From NCBI GenBank assembly GCA_001949185.1, contig BDGG01000015.1, positions 687,036 through 751,035 of the forward strand: a stretch of DNA of 64,000 nucleotides, given 5' to 3'. Of this stretch, positions 23,542 through 37,153 are shown one piece after another. Below the pieces are notes generated by a model. That model was not told the origin of the DNA. It saw only the letters and a program-made list of their open reading frames with translations, and did not search any database. The stretch comes from Ramazzottius varieornatus. Taxonomy: Eukaryota > Animalia > Tardigrada. The position numbers and the translations under genes were made by a program. Position 1 is the stretch's first letter. Each line of letters begins with the position of its first letter.

Positions 23542-25998
23542 TTATGTGTCTTTGAGGACATGCCACTGTGAGACGGCTTCTTTGGGATACTGCAACATGG
23601 CGTTCCAGTGGGCGACGGCGCTGGGATCGCTCCTGCTGGACAGCACTACTCGACCGATCAAGTCCTAAAATTGCACAAACAAACAAACTAATTGATACCA
23701 TATGGATAGGGTGTGCGTAAGGGAAGGGGAAATCGAGTGAACCACGCCAAGGCAGACGAACTCCACGAGATCGTTTTCTCAAGTCGCGCACGAGTTCGGT
23801 GTTGTCGCACGCTGCGTCACTTGGAAAAATGGCGCACGTTTCCAGCCAGCGGCTTCACACATGTGCGCCACTTGTAAAGATAATCTTGTCAACTCAGTCC
23901 ACCAAGCTTTCAAACATCGTAACTCACATTGCGGCCAATCTTGTCGTAGTCCATAACGGTGACCAGCAAGGAAGTCTCACGGATTTGGTGCATGGAAACG
24001 TTGAAGGTGAAGGCTTCGTTAAAGGTCGGATTGAGTTCGCGCATGTACGTTTTGGTTTTCCTCTTTTCAAGCTTCTTCCCGTCCACCATCAGCCATATTT
24101 TCACGTAGGGATCTAGACAGAGAAACTATAGAGTACTCCATGACCAAACATACTAAAGAACGCCGATAGGGCAGCAACTGCGTGTGCAACTCAATTTTCC
24201 CGCGTACCGCTTGAGTGGGTGGCGATATCTTGAATTCGAAGGTCTTTGCATTTGATAATGTTGATGGTCAGCTGGCCGGCTGTTACATTGTACTTGAGGG
24301 ATAGGAGGATTTCTCCATATTTGTTCTATGGGAAAAGAAAGCCAGATTAAAAAAAGCCTGATTAAAAAAAGCCGGGTTCGCTGATTTCAAATATGTATTA
24401 TCGATCTTGACAACGGAAAGGAACCATTGTATGCAGATTAGAACGTATTGAGTACTTTGGTTTCCGATTTGGGCGGCAGTAATGGCTTCCATACGTCATA
24501 ATTCTGGGAAAAGTCCAGATCTTGTAAGGGAATGAAGAGCTCGCCTATCGGATCATCTCGACTGAATCGGTCGTAATCGAAGACGTGCAGATGCAAAGTA
24601 CGCGTCTTTAATTTCTCGATGGGAAAATCTACGGTAAAGAAGCCTTAGTCTTCTGTTTCACGGATTACAGTCTTCTTCCGAACTGCATCTATACCTTCAA
24701 ATAAGAAAGATTCGTTCCATCGCGGGTTGAGCGTCCGTTTCTTGATTTTCGTCTGAAGTCGATACTTGTCTTTAGGCAACAAAGAGACCACGCAGTATGG
24801 ATCTGTAACAGGAGAAAAGTTAAAGACTCTGGCATGTCATCGAGAATCGCCTGGAGGCTTCGGATAAACCCTAAGCGATCCCAGGAGGAATGGTCGTTAC
24901 AAACTCGTAGAAACCCCTTTTGTTCCTTCAAACAGAAACTTAATTTCAAAGTCAAAGTGAGCAAACAGCGGAATTACAGCAACTCGTGGTTGACGTCATC
25001 GCGGAAGCCGGGAATGGCCTTTAATTGACAATTGACTCATGACGTCATCAGACACACTGACGATGCAGCTCGACGGCAGACGTGTGACGTCATAGATGTG
25101 ACTGGACCGTGTACATTGTATCTATGTACTATACGTATGAGCGTCATGACGTTATGCGTTATTTGAGGACGTTGGCAATCAATGCCTCCAGATCGTTTCT
25201 TCCAAGTGGCGCACCCCTCTTAGCCAGCAACAATGTGAAGTGCGCCACTTGACAACGTTGGGCTGGTTCTGTTTCACCGAGTCGAGGGTGTCAAAGGTGA
25301 TGGATCTGGGTCTTTTTTACACTCTTGTTAGAGATTACATCACGAGGAAAATAACTGTCATTGGGGGCAGAGCAGCAGAAAATAATGGTTCTGGTCGAAC
25401 ATACCGGAAAAGCCGGAGAAGTCCTTGGCAGGCAAGCGTTTCGCTTCGATAACTCTGACGACAAACGTATTCTGTTGGAAGTCGTATTTCATGGAGAAAT
25501 GTATTTCTCCGACGTCTTCGGGGCTGCGTGACATTGCCAGAGCAGCAGCACTGGAGGCTCCTCCAGGTCCCGTGGTGCCGTTGACGTTCTCATCACTTCC
25601 GGCTGACTTCTGGCGAGCACGCATCGGTGGTCGCGGCGATGGCTCGCTCTTGGCGCGCTACAGGAAGGGAAGAGAACATACATCACTGTGTACTCCTCTA
25701 AACGTAACCTAACAAGCCCTTACGAAATCTCATGTACGTGCACGTAACATCCTGTGCAATAAGCCTCCAATTTCTCACTAACTAAACCATCTCTAATGCA
25801 AGCCATAAATCAATGTAGGAAACAGGCGGGCTCGGATGTCTTTTTATTCGGACAAAAAAACAAACGCTTTCAATTACCATACATCTGCAAATTTCGATAA
25901 TCTGTTTTGTGTCGTCAGTCTGCAACTTTCGATGTACAGGCGCATGAGACCAAGAGACACTTTGAAACAGCAAAATGCCTACCGTCTTGGCCATTTTT
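23542..25998 (-). CDS. SYT7: Synaptotagmin-7-like tandem C2 protein; exons 25657-25405, 24802-24695, 24628-24456, 24325-24208, 24112-23928, 23664-23542, probable micro-exon 25998-25983; N-terminal exons uncertain (up to about 33.5 kb)
   Basis: C2A: LPAKDFSGFSDPY...TLNPRWNESFLFE...DYDRFSRDDPIGE. C2B: DPYVKIWLMVDGKKLEKRKT...DYDKIGRNDLIG...HW..ML..P...V.QWH.L. All Ca-binding Asp residues are present. Confidence 0.88.
23750..23911. mobile_element. Palindromic AAGTGGCGCAC element, 2 units (Syt last intron)
   Basis: Two adjacent units with GATCGTTTT / GATAATCTTGTC flanks. Confidence 0.8.
25029..25165. repeat. Imperfect inverted repeat rich in TGACGTCA palindromes (Syt intron)
   Basis: CAATTGACTCATGACGTCAT ... 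ATGACGTTATGCGTTATTTG. Perfect TGACGTCA at about 24991, 25040 and 25085. Confidence 0.5.
25164..25285. mobile_element. Palindromic AAGTGGCGCAC element, 1 unit
   Basis: Perfect cores with a 25-nt spacer at about 25203-25251. Confidence 0.85.
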
Positions 25999-26614
25999 CT
26001 ACAAGTGCAGTGGAGAATCAAAAACTGTAGCTTTCCCTTGCACGATCTAAAGAGTTCGAAGCCTTACAGGTGAGCGAATCATTTCGGGAATGTCGTCTTG
26101 TGCGCTGTAGAAAAGCTGGTGCGTGGAATCGGAAATCCAGTGGCCAATCCTAAAAAACGAAACCATGATCAAAATATGGTTCTTGCTCGCGCAGGATGTG
26201 CACACCCCGGCTCATCATCCATCTCGCAGTTTTCAACTCATATCTACTTTTTAAAAATTTATAGAAAGTTTCGACGCAGACCTCACGGACAAGTATATGA
26301 TAATAGAAGGGAAGTAGCAAGCGGAATGTGGTTTTAATCAGGCGGAAGTGAGCATAAAGGACTCTTGACAAGATGGAGCGTCATGTACAAGCTCCACACT
26401 TGACGCCATCGCTTCCTGACTGGCCCATGCACATAAACACCACACAGGAACAATTAGAGGCTTCATTCAGCGAACTGATCCTTTCTCTGGGGAAAGATCC
26501 TTTTGGTGCATGCATGGTGATAAGCACCACAGACCTTCCGACTGGCTTTTAGGATTCTCTCAATGGCGAACCTCTAAGTCTGTCGGCGTACAATGCAGTC
26601 AGCGCAGTTCAGCC

Positions 26615-26893
26615 AGCTCGACAAACAAGCTCGTTCAGACTGCTTTTCAAAGTGGCGCACCCTACCAGCCACTAACACTGACCACGTGCTCCACTTGGCA
26701 AAACAAACTCCCGTTAAGATCGTTTTTCCAAGTGGCGAACGCTTCCAGCCAGGAACATCGAAAAAGTGCGCCATTTGGAGAAACGATCTTGACGAGTTTG
26801 CTTACTCAAGTGACGCACCTTATCATGTGTTATTGGCTGAAAGCCTGCGCCACTTGGAAGGCGATCTAGAGGAGTTTGTTTGCCGACCTCCCA
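26615..26893. mobile_element. Palindromic AAGTGGCGCAC element, 3 units
   Basis: AGCTCGACAAACAA ... GTTTGTTTGCCGACCTCCCA enclosing three units. Confidence 0.9.
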
Positions 26894-29800
26894 ATTGATA
26901 AATGGCCATTGATCGTCACAGTACACACACTCACAAAGACACATGGACGCGTTCCCATATACCGCGCTGCGGCTTCCTCCATTTCATTAAAAAGAAATTA
27001 GATTGTTTGAACATTGACATTAAACCCCCCTACTGACATTTTTCTTCACTTCCCGGCCCCGCCTTTCTCTTCCGCTGGATAATCTCCGAAAACGACTCCC
27101 TAGTGAGCAAACAAATGATATCCGCAATTTTGTATGGGAATATTTGCAGATCAATTTCCGATTTCGCGAAACTTAATCATCGATAGTGTGTCATGTTTCC
27201 TTTGGTGGAACAAAATTCCGCAGAACAATCATTCCAATATTTTACCAATGATAATGCACGAATACAATATTCGAACGTGACCAAAATTGGGTAAGTGCAT
27301 TTTTAAAGATGCATATCATAGAAATCTAATGATCGATTCCACTCTAGAGGTCAAGGGTCAACTGGCAAAACTCAGAGAACCCTGATTACGGTAGAGAAAT
27401 TGGTGTTGGATGCAAATGTGTTCTCCAGTTGAAGGCTAAACTGGACAGAATCAAATTCAACGCAACCTAATACATAGCGGAGTTTCGGGTACGCCGCAAA
27501 TGGACGTACGTATGACCCGAGGAGACAGTTCTGTCTGGGGGGCAAAAGTGTACAAAAGTCAAGATGAGCCAGGGCAACATTTAAATCAAGAAGGCGGAAG
27601 GGAACGTGATTGTGGAGGAAGACGTTTAGGAGGCAAGAGCATTAGTCGCCGCAAGACGAAAGGAGACGATACTCCTCATCATGTGTTGTGCGCCACCATG
27701 TACGAACCACGAGATACATCTAATTCCCGATGGAGTTGAGTACGCTATCAACTGCAGCTCAAGAGCCAAGACGAAGCCTGGAAAGTATGGGCTCTACCAA
27801 GTATAACGTAACAGCTGTTCTCAGGCAGGAGCTTCGCTCGAGCTCGCGCAAGGTCTCTGAATTCCGAGATACATCAGAACAAGGAAGTCAAGTTCGACAC
27901 GCACATGGTGGAGCACCAAGAAATAAAACGCAACAATGTGACTTTAGACTTTGTACGGGAAGCCTAAACATGTACTCGTACGACAGGAGTCGAATCGAGT
28001 CATCGAAAAACTTGCCACAAAAGGATGAATTTTTCTGCATCGTTTCGTTGTGAGTCTTTTGACTTTTGAAGTCGTGCGCGATTTCAGCGGGGAAGTGCAA
28101 AATTGGCCGAAGAGCTTGCAATTTGGCAGATTAATTTTTCGGGGGGTTGCCTATATGTTTTATTGATGTCTTTGACTGACATTGAGGTTTCCGATAATAC
28201 CAAACAGGCAACCAAAATGGGAGTCTGGCTTGTGGTGGAAGGATTTTTTTCCTTTGGTGCCAGCTGTCACGCTTTATGTTGTATTAGACTAATGGTTGCC
28301 GTCGACGGTAAAATGAGGCGTACAAATGATCCAATGCAAGCAAGGGGATCGTCAAAACCTCTTCATTGCTAGCTTCACAAGGAAGCTCTGAAACTAGAGA
28401 GACAACGCTGAACCTCTTTTGTCATTTTTTGGGGAAAAAACAGGAAAAGAGAGAGAGAGTGGCAGCTGCGGGATGGTCAAACTGAGTAAAGTCCTAGAAA
28501 TTAAATTATATCTGTGCACTGCAGCAGAAAATCTGTCCTAGTCATCTGCATCATTTTACATTAGTCCATAAGACGATCAAGAAAGCCGCTCGAAGCCTTC
28601 ATGTTGTCGCGGGGGTTGTCGCTATAGGGCCATCCCGAGATGCTGGCGAAGGGCCACGCGACGTCAGAGCCCCTTTAACGCAACCCAAATTGAATTCATG
28701 GCGGAAAAGCATCCAATTAACCAAAGTTGCGCACTGTCATGTATGGCAGCTACTGCCGGAAGGTTGATGTGTTTCCAAGCTAAAGTCTTTATTAGGAAGT
28801 GGACAAATGGTTGTGACGACAAACTCATCGCACCATTTCACCCAGCAAGCGATACGACCTCACTGGATAAATAAAAAGAGTATCACGTTGAAGACAGTAA
28901 AGCTCACAGAGTGCTGATCGAGGAGCTCCGTCATTAGGGTAGTTCCGCAATTTATTCTAGGCTTTGCCCTGTCTTGCCTGATCACTGTTGTGACACTTTA
29001 TCAGTCGACACTTTCGACTTCTCGACGTCTTTGTTTGCCAAGGTTCAACCAGAAAGCAATGTACTCTGCGAAATTTACAGCTGTAGACTGATGAAATGTT
29101 TCTTACAGTCCGTGGGACATCAGGGAAGGCCCTAACACGCATACGAGCCTGGAGACTTTGTTGGGAACAGGAAGACGGGGCGTAATATCACGGCATAATG
29201 GGATCGGATTAAACACCGAATTTTATGGAGAGCGTGGCCCGCTCTCGGCTGGATTGGCACATAAATATCGATCGGTGGTTGATGCGGTATCGCCTAATTT
29301 TGCACATTATTCATTGCGAATGCCGGCTGTAAGCATGACCCGCGACTTTATTCCCGTCCATCAGATGGCATCTCGTCCTTAAGACTTTCAAAAACTGGAG
29401 AGAACGATTTGACATCCAGGAGCCACGAGAGTCCTCTGACGCGTCAGTGCGACCGACCGGGCAAGCTAGTTAAGGTTGCGCCGCAAGGTGGCGCCACTTG
29501 AAACCCTCGATCCGGAAATGAGATGAGCCTATGGCTGTTTTCTGTAGCCTATGGAAGTTTTTTAGAAGTGTTGAGTTTCAATGAAGCAATCTGATTTCCA
29601 TACCATACAAAAGCTGATTAGATGAGGCCTGTCGCGACCGATTATCCTATAGGCTCTAATTTCAGATTGTTCAGGAAAAGGTTTTTTCGTCTGGGACCCT
29701 GAGGCGGTCGGTTCGAAACGGCTCATGCTACTTTGTAGAGCATTTAATGGAACACCTAAAATCACAGAGTCCAGGTTTCTCAGACCAGCGGCAACAAAGT

Positions 29801-30395
29801 TAAGACTGTTCTCGTGGTAGTGGTTCAACGACCACAGCGAATGGGTTCCGACCTGGATGCTGGCTTAGTTTAGCTGGTTTCTGCTTCCCCATGATCTCCC
29901 TAAATTAGGGACCCTAATTAGGCTATATGGCGATGAGTGTCGGACCATGTGAGGGCCTCAAAACCAGAAGTCTTCCCGCTGAGAGGATATGGAAGACGAT
30001 GTGGTGATAAAGAACGAAGGTCGTGCCGTCCAGACAGTTCGCCCAATTGACACACAAGCCAGCTCGGATTGCAGGCTGGAAGGTCTAATTGTTTATTGTT
30101 CATTCGATCAAACTGCCCCAGTTGGCCACCAACCGAAGGATATCTTATCCCTGATGCAGGGGCAGGTGGTCAGATACGCTTTTGACCACTTTTTCATGGT
30201 TTTACTCGTTCATGGTTTTCGATGGCTGTCAAGCTTGTCGCGCTGAGAATCTAACGTGCTCCGCCAAGTTCTACAACTTGACGTCAAAAAAGCTCAGTTT
30301 CTGCTTAAGAAGCCAATGATGAGGGTCCCATTATGAGACAGCCGATCGTGACTGTCCCAAGCCATAATGGGGGTACCAAGCGGGTGAAGGACAAT

Positions 30396-30518
30396 CGGGA
30401 GGTGGGCAAGCGACACGTATGAGAATCATTATTTCAAGTGGCGCACTTTCTCGGTATGATTGGCCAGAAGCGTGCGCCACTTAAAAACGCTATGAACGTT
30501 TCGTTTGCGGGCCTCCTA
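30396..30518. mobile_element. Palindromic AAGTGGCGCAC element, 1 unit, both ends
   Basis: CGGGAGGTGGGCAA ... TTTGCGGGCCTCCTA; core 30435-30446, spacer 25 nt. Confidence 0.88.
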
Positions 30519-31717
30519 ATTTGATCACTGAGAAAGAACAAGGAGGCTAAGTCGCCGGCGGTGCACTACATCATGGTCCCTAGCTGGCAATGCCTTTTAG
30601 CTTTTCAAGATGCCAATACGTTGTACCGAAAGCGATTGATGAGTAAAATATTGTTTTGGTGTGGCATTGGAGAAAGGGGACGCCGTTATGCACCGCAGCG
30701 GAAAACAGAGTTTCCGGTGTATGCAAATCTCAATTGCCTCCTCGACTTTCCTCCCATACTCCCTAGTCCTTTCTGTCTACATTTTGAATATTTACCATCG
30801 TCTCCTAACTTTGTGTTATTTTCGTTGCAAGCTGGGATTCGTTTTCATTCGAAAGTGCAGTGGTGAAATGAGCAATTTCTTATGCAAAGTGACACACAAA
30901 ATGCGGCGAAAAGCTTGCGAACCTTTCTTTCTCAAGTTGCTCTTGGCGCTCCTTTCAACAGCGAACAAAGCGCTAATAACCTTATTCAATCGACAAAATA
31001 TGTCCCTTTAAATCTCGCATGTTTTTTTTCGCCGTGGAAGCGGAGTCGACAATAGCCGTGACAGATGGGATACGTCAGGAACCCAAAGAGCTGAACATTA
31101 CACCAAAACACACCCCGCTCCAGAGTCGATGAACCCACATCTCTTTGATACCGTTACTGTATGATTCCAGCCACGTTTAAAAGCTCACAAAAGATAAAAA
31201 ACAGATAAACGGATGGGCGTTGTGTGACCTTTTAAGTGCCTAAGACACATTTGATATTTGGACCGTGTCGTGCAAGCGATTACGCACGCGTGTCTTTTGA
31301 TGGGGACTAATTTGGGACGCATTAACCAATCAGTATAGGACGAAGATAGAGTGCGGTAGTAAAGACTTTAGAACCCTGGGGAATATAACGAGCTTCCCGG
31401 AATACACCTGATCGTACTTGCCGTCTTGAAATTTAGCCAGTGCGACAGGAACTCAGAATAGCCTCATTTAGCTTGTCCCACGGCCGCATGCAATTTGGAC
31501 CAAGCCAAGTGTTTCCTAATCGATTGTTTCTGGAGCGTTCATTCAGCCTGTTTACCTCCGTACTTACCGCTCTTGTAACCAGAGAAAAACTTGATCCGGT
31601 GCCATTATATTCTTTCACCGAGCTTTGCTTTGGATGGATGGATGCATTAATTATTCGGCGAAGTTTTTGGCCAAAAAGAATGTACGGGTCCAGGAAACTC
31701 AGAAACGATGGACCATA

Positions 31718-31846
31718 TGGGAGGTCGGCCCACAAAGTCAAAACGTACAAGACCGTCATCTCAGGTGGCGCATTTTCTCATTAAAATCGGCTGAAAGTGT
31801 GCGCCACTAAAGATAAACCATTGCACGTTCCATTTGCCGGCAACCA
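31718..31846. mobile_element. Palindromic AAGTGGCGCAC element, 1 unit
   Basis: TGGGAGGTCGGC start; CAGGTGGCGCAT...GTGCGCCACT. Confidence 0.78.
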
Positions 31847-32526
31847 TCTTATGTCATTTGTGGTGAGCCGTGGTTTTTCGAAAAAAAGTCGTCGGTCATT
31901 CATTTCTGATTTGGGAGCTCTCGACAAGCATGTCGAGGGTGAAAGGACGACTAAGTGTTCTCGGCGGGAAGAATAAAGGGCGGAAATGGGAAATGATATG
32001 GAGCGCTTTCTTCCTGGGATGACATACTTATGAAGTGGCTGTGCATCGTTAACTGCATGAGCCATGTCATGGTATCGTGTGGTTTTCTGGGGAGATTCGC
32101 AAGAGGCGCCGGATGTCAGAAACATACGGTATCCTGCCACTAACTGCGCCTGTTTGAATATGTGGCGAAATTGCTTGATATCGATTAGGTCTTCGTAATC
32201 CGTCCATGCTGGTACCACGGTAAATAGGAAGATCTGTAGGCAAGACCTTTGTCTCCCTGGGCTTCAAAACACTCTGCTGACTCAAGTCAATCTGTTTAAT
32301 TTCAAACCATACAAAAGCCGCCAGGCATACTTTGTTTAATCACTGTTAACTTTGGTCACCACTTTTTCTGTTGGAGAAAAGCATCGTTCGCGGCTGTTCG
32401 CATCTACCAAATACCCAAAGAGAATTCTGCGTACATTGAAGAAACATAAACGAAAGATTAGTACACATTCAATACAGTACAAACAAAATATTGATTAAGG
32501 TATGTACGAGAGAACTACTTGAAAAA

Positions 32527-32651
32527 CCTGCGGACAAACTCGACAGGGTAATTTTTCCAAGTGGCGCGCGCTTCCAGCTACTAACACTCGGAGCGCACGC
32601 CACTTGAAAAACAATCTGGTCGAGGCGTTTTGGCGAGCAGCTCCAGCTCCC
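32527..32651. mobile_element. Palindromic AAGTGGCGCAC element, 1 unit
   Basis: ACAAACTCGACAGG...CAAGTGGCGCGC...CGCCACTTG...CTGGTCGAG. Confidence 0.82.
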
Positions 32652-34406
32652 TTCTTCTCTCTTGGTAAAAACAGAATACTGAAAGTTCAAAATACCCAAG
32701 AGAATTTGGAAAATGTTGGAACACAGTTACGACTTCATACTGTCTTGAGGCGACCTTGCTGTTCTACCTGCAAGCACTGGAAGGAGCGATCCTAACGCAA
32801 TTATCACCCCATGAGTTAGCGAACAGCGCAGCCTGTCAAAGGCTGCCTGCTGAAGCGCGATGAAAAGACGCGAGATGAAAAAAAGAAAGAGCCTCACATA
32901 AAGATAAGCGGAAAAAGGCGAGACTCACTATTCTTCCCGCTAATCTTTCACTGTATCTTCACGCACCATTTCGCTTTCATGACGTTCTTGACAATAGAAA
33001 CTTTCCCGGCGTAACGGCACGCAAAACTTACATCAATATCCATCCACAAATTTCTCATCGGCAAGAACCACCGCGTCGACTTTGACAGATGGCAACTTTT
33101 TACACGCTGGTCATAAAACATTTTACAGCGCGCGTAAAATTTGCATGGATCATCTTGCCTAAACGTGGCACGTTCCATCAACACATTACGCAACACGAGA
33201 AAAAGGCAAATTAAGCTACTTAAATTAGTTTAATTATTTCCGCCTTCTACTTCCAACTTACAGGAAGGAATATCTTCCCACGGTACGCAAACAAGTCTTC
33301 AGGTTGATCTTACCTGAAAAAATTCTTGAAGACGAATGATGAACGAGGTGGTAATCCGGCTGAGAATAAGCCGTGGAGGTTCGCGGTGGTTGATAGAGAG
33401 GAAGCTCCAGATGCTTATTTATGGGCACAGTCTGAAAAGAAGTCCAGCTGTTGTGGTGATGATGAGGTTGGGGAGAATGGAGGCGACAGGAGTCGTTTGA
33501 GGAAAGATGACACTGGGGATATCGGATTGACTAACTAGCACTGAGTACGAGGAAGAAAAGGATGAAATGAGCGGGTGCTGTGCTGTGCTGCGATCTGATC
33601 CCTGGATGCAAGGATGGAGGGATAAAATATTTAAAAACAGGCATTGCAGCAAGCGGCATCGTTTGCTCTTTGATTGTATGCACAACCAATCGACAGAGAG
33701 CGACATTTATAGAGAGCAAAGACAAACCTTGGGAAAAGGAAGGGGATGTACCGTGTGGATTTAAGGGGAGCCAGCGGGACTTCACTTCCTTCCCTTCCCA
33801 CACCGTTTTTAGACTTTCCGGTCCGCCAAAATAGAAACCACATTTCGATTCAGGCAAAGCCAGTGCACGATCACCCTAATTTCTGTTTAAACGTGCCGTA
33901 CTGAGAATCTTCCCATTATTTGCGCTCGTTCATGTCCCCAGTACCCTAGATATGGAGATTTATTTTCTGGATCACGCAAAGGAGGTCGCAGCTGTAACGA
34001 AGCCCCCCATGAGTGTTTTCAAGCATGGGAATTCCGTAAGCTGAATTTAACCATGATTAAATCCGAGACAACCCATGCGTAACGTCCCACATCAGTCTTT
34101 CCATCATCTTCGATTTTTTCTGCCTTTACTAAAAGATCGAACGGAGGAAAATGAGACACATATTCATAGCGCAACTTACACAAAGACGGACAAGCTCCAT
34201 AAGAGAAATATTAATCCAGTATGTCGATAAAGGCTGATCTGATGGTACGAGTCAAGAGAGTGACCAGTAATCAATAACTCCTTGCTAATCAACTTGATGA
34301 AATTCTTACACTTACCACGTTCCTCTTCCCTCTACGCTCGACGCCCGGTATATCCATGCTAATAATTAAGAGACGAGGGAAAGGAGTGAAGTATTAACTA
34401 TTCATT

Positions 34407-36681
34407 TCACAAGAGACCCTGACGTCGCAAGTCTTCGTAGGTCTTTCTGGAGACGACATTGCCCACGCTGTCCTCGAACTCCTCCTCGGCATCAGCTTTC
34501 CACTTTTCCCCGCTCTTCATTTTCTTCAAGCGTTCCCACAACTTGACAGCCTCCTCGATGTGGGTGATGTTGGCGAAGTGCGCCGTGTTGGGAATGCCCA
34601 GACAGCGCATGCCGTGAGCGTGGCGCCATTCGCTGAAGTGACGCTGGAACGCTTTCGGTCCGCGGTAGATCTACAAACACCAAAATAATTTACATTTTAT
34701 TCCGAACAGTGAAAATCGAATTCATCTCTTGGAAATTAGTGTGATGTTATGTTACAGCAGTTAACCGGAATTTCCCTCAACTGCGGGCTCGGCACATACC
34801 TTCGGCAAAATTGTCTTCCAAAGTAGCGCAAGCTTCCAGTGTTTCTTGCTGGAAGCTTGCGTCACTTAAGAAGATAATCTTGTCGAGTGTAATTCTTTAC
34901 GCAAGTGGCGCACGGTTTTAGCATTATTGAATACAAACGTGCGCCACTTGGAAGAAATGATCCGGTCGAGTTCGATCGCAGAGCAGCCCGAGCTCGCAGT
35001 TTTCATTTGATGAAATCTTGCCGTATTTTAGTTTTTGTTAATTATTTGTTAGTATATCTCTCCCGTTATCTACCTGATTGCCACAGATCTCGCATGGATA
35101 GTTGATGTTCAAGCCGTGGAGTTTGTATAGCCAGTAGGGGATGGGCTTGCCATCCCAGCCTAATGGCAGGTTCTTGGGGTTGTAGATGACCTCGTCATCC
35201 TCGTCCTCCTCTTCCTCGTTATCCAACGCCTCATCGTCCTCCTCCTCCCTCTCTTGCCCAGTTCTCGCTTGCTTTCTCTGCACATTCTCCTGAGTGTCGT
35301 GGCGAATCTCACTGAGGAGTTCCGTCAGCTTGTAGATTTTGGTTTCCAGTGCGGCGATCTCCTTCTCTTCTTCGCTCTTCTGGTTCAACACCTCTTTCTT
35401 AACTAGCAAAGACTCTTCAATTTCGTCTGAACGTTTACCTCGCGCAGCCCACAGTCTCTTTGCTCGCTCCTCTAACGTTCCACCGCATTTCATGCCGCGT
35501 GCGATAAGAGCGGTCTTCAGCTTCTCCAGTCCGACTGACATCAAGTCTTCTGGGCTTTTATACTGCCAGATGTCCAGCTGGTTGGCTGCAGCCTTGGTGG
35601 AAGGTTGGTTCTTCGGCCAGCCAGGAAACGCGCCGATGGACCACTTGTGCAGGAACTCTTTCGAAGCCGTCTCTATTTCTGCCTTTAGGTCCAAAAGTGG
35701 TTTGGTGCGACGAACGAAGTCTGTCAGGTAGTCCAACAGTGCCGTCACATACTGCTTGTATCCATTGGTCGACTTCACTTCCTGTAAGGAAAGAGACGTT
35801 GCGTGATCCACGTCAAAACGATAAACGCGGCGGGGAAACTAAAACTAGGAGGCTGTTAAAACGGATCGTACAACATGGCCATGCCAAGTGGCGCACCTTC
35901 CCATTTTTGGTAGTTCGAAGCGTGCGCGACTTGTCCCAATGCATCGAAGCCAGTGCCGAGCACGCCCCTGACACAAACCTACTCTTAAAATGTCGCACAT
36001 GACGTCACTATGTTACGTGCAGTCACATTCACAACTGGTCGCACTGAGGTGATTCCATGACTTCAAATGCCTTGATTTCACTGAGTCACAGACGCTCATG
36101 CAATTTCTCGGAATTATCGTGCCCTCTACAATATTACTGTGTGAACTGCAGATTTTACCAACCTTAGGAATATCGAAGAGTTGGTCAAAGATTTTAAGGA
36201 AGGTGAAGTAGTCGATCCGTCGGATGCCTTTCAAGTTGAGGTATTTCTCGTAGATGGCATGAAGATCCAGATACCGGCCTTGACTTTCCTCATCGCTGAA
36301 TGCCACCAAGGTATCTTCATCGCCACCTTCCCCCATCTTGGCATATGCCGCCACCTGTACAGACAAAGGAACACTGTTGGCATCCTCGGGATGTTTCTGG
36401 TAGTACACTCGTAAATTACGCAGACGGTGGTAGAATTCGTTGAAGGGACTGTTGGACAGCGCGGCGATGTCCTGACGTCGCAAACCATCCTTGTCTTCGT
36501 ACAAATCAGCTAGCTTTGCCGTGATCACAGTCAGACGTTCCAGCATTATGCGAATCCGATGTTCAGAGTTGAGCTGCTCGCGATGGGAAGTCTTCTTCTT
36601 GACCATTTCTTGGCTCATCTGCTCCTTTAACCGTTCGCGCTCCTCGTGCAGCACTCGCTGTTGTTCCAGGATGCCCTCCAT
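34407..36681 (-). CDS. SF3A3: Splicing factor 3A subunit 3 (Prp9/SAP61); exons 36681-36163, 35781-35074, 34670-34407
   Basis: MEGILEQQRVLHEERERL..., YNPKNLPLGWDGKPIPYWLYKLHGL, CEICGN..YRGPKAFQRHF.EWRHAHGMRCLGIPNT, YEDLRRQGLL*. Confidence 0.97.
34781..34999. mobile_element. Palindromic AAGTGGCGCAC element, 2 units (SF3A3 intron 2)
   Basis: CTGCGGGCTCGGC ... CCGAGCTCGCAG ends enclosing two units. Confidence 0.88.
35845..35970. mobile_element. Palindromic AAGTGGCGCAC element, 1 unit (SF3A3 intron 1)
   Basis: CTAGGAGG start; CAAGTGGCGCAC...GTGCGCGACTTG. Confidence 0.8.
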
Positions 36682-37153
36682 CTCTCTTTACGAACGTGTA
36701 AGCAATAACCCGTTGGCGGACTTCTTTAGTTACCGAGAATGAGATCTGAGGAAGATGAAGAGCGCCAAACGAAAGGAAAACGATATCGTCCCTGCGAGAA
36801 AATGTACCAAGGTTGAATTGACTGATCAATAAACAAACTGGTGGACAATCAAGTCGACTAAAGAGACGTTAGTGTGGGTCGAGTCAGCACTGACTCGGCA
36901 TGTACGAAAATTTCCACCAGGCCCAGCAGATCGATCAATCTATAGATGCATCGATTTCTGATCTAGCCCCGACGGATTTTATTTTCGGTCCCTCTGGCGA
37001 GTCACGTTAGGACTCGTCATAGATTCAGGTAGACTTGATGGTGACTCCGGTTAGATCGGCAAATCGTTGTCATTTCTATCACCGTTTCTTCATTCCTGGA
37101 AAAGATCCTCCATCTTCTTTCTCCTGGATCTGTTCTGACTTCCGGTCGTGAAA
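36682..37153. promoter_or_regulatory. Compact bidirectional promoter region between head-to-head SF3A3 and CCT2
   Basis: Start codons are about 470 bp apart on opposite strands. An ETS-type ACTTCCGG lies near 37138. Confidence 0.5.

Noticed and set aside
24341-24376. 15-bp direct duplication; also short GA/CT tracts at about 28448 and 39935
   Set aside because: Ordinary slippage products.
26615-26893. Repeat-spacer-repeat arrays read as a CRISPR-like array
   Set aside because: The repeats are inverted, not direct. Spacers derive from one consensus rather than being unique acquisitions. No cas genes; the context is eukaryotic introns.
29476-29503. Isolated GGTGGCGCCACTTG; also half-cores at about 20051, 20451, 22173 and a lone end at about 31911
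   Set aside because: No partner core at 24-25 nt and no flanking arms.
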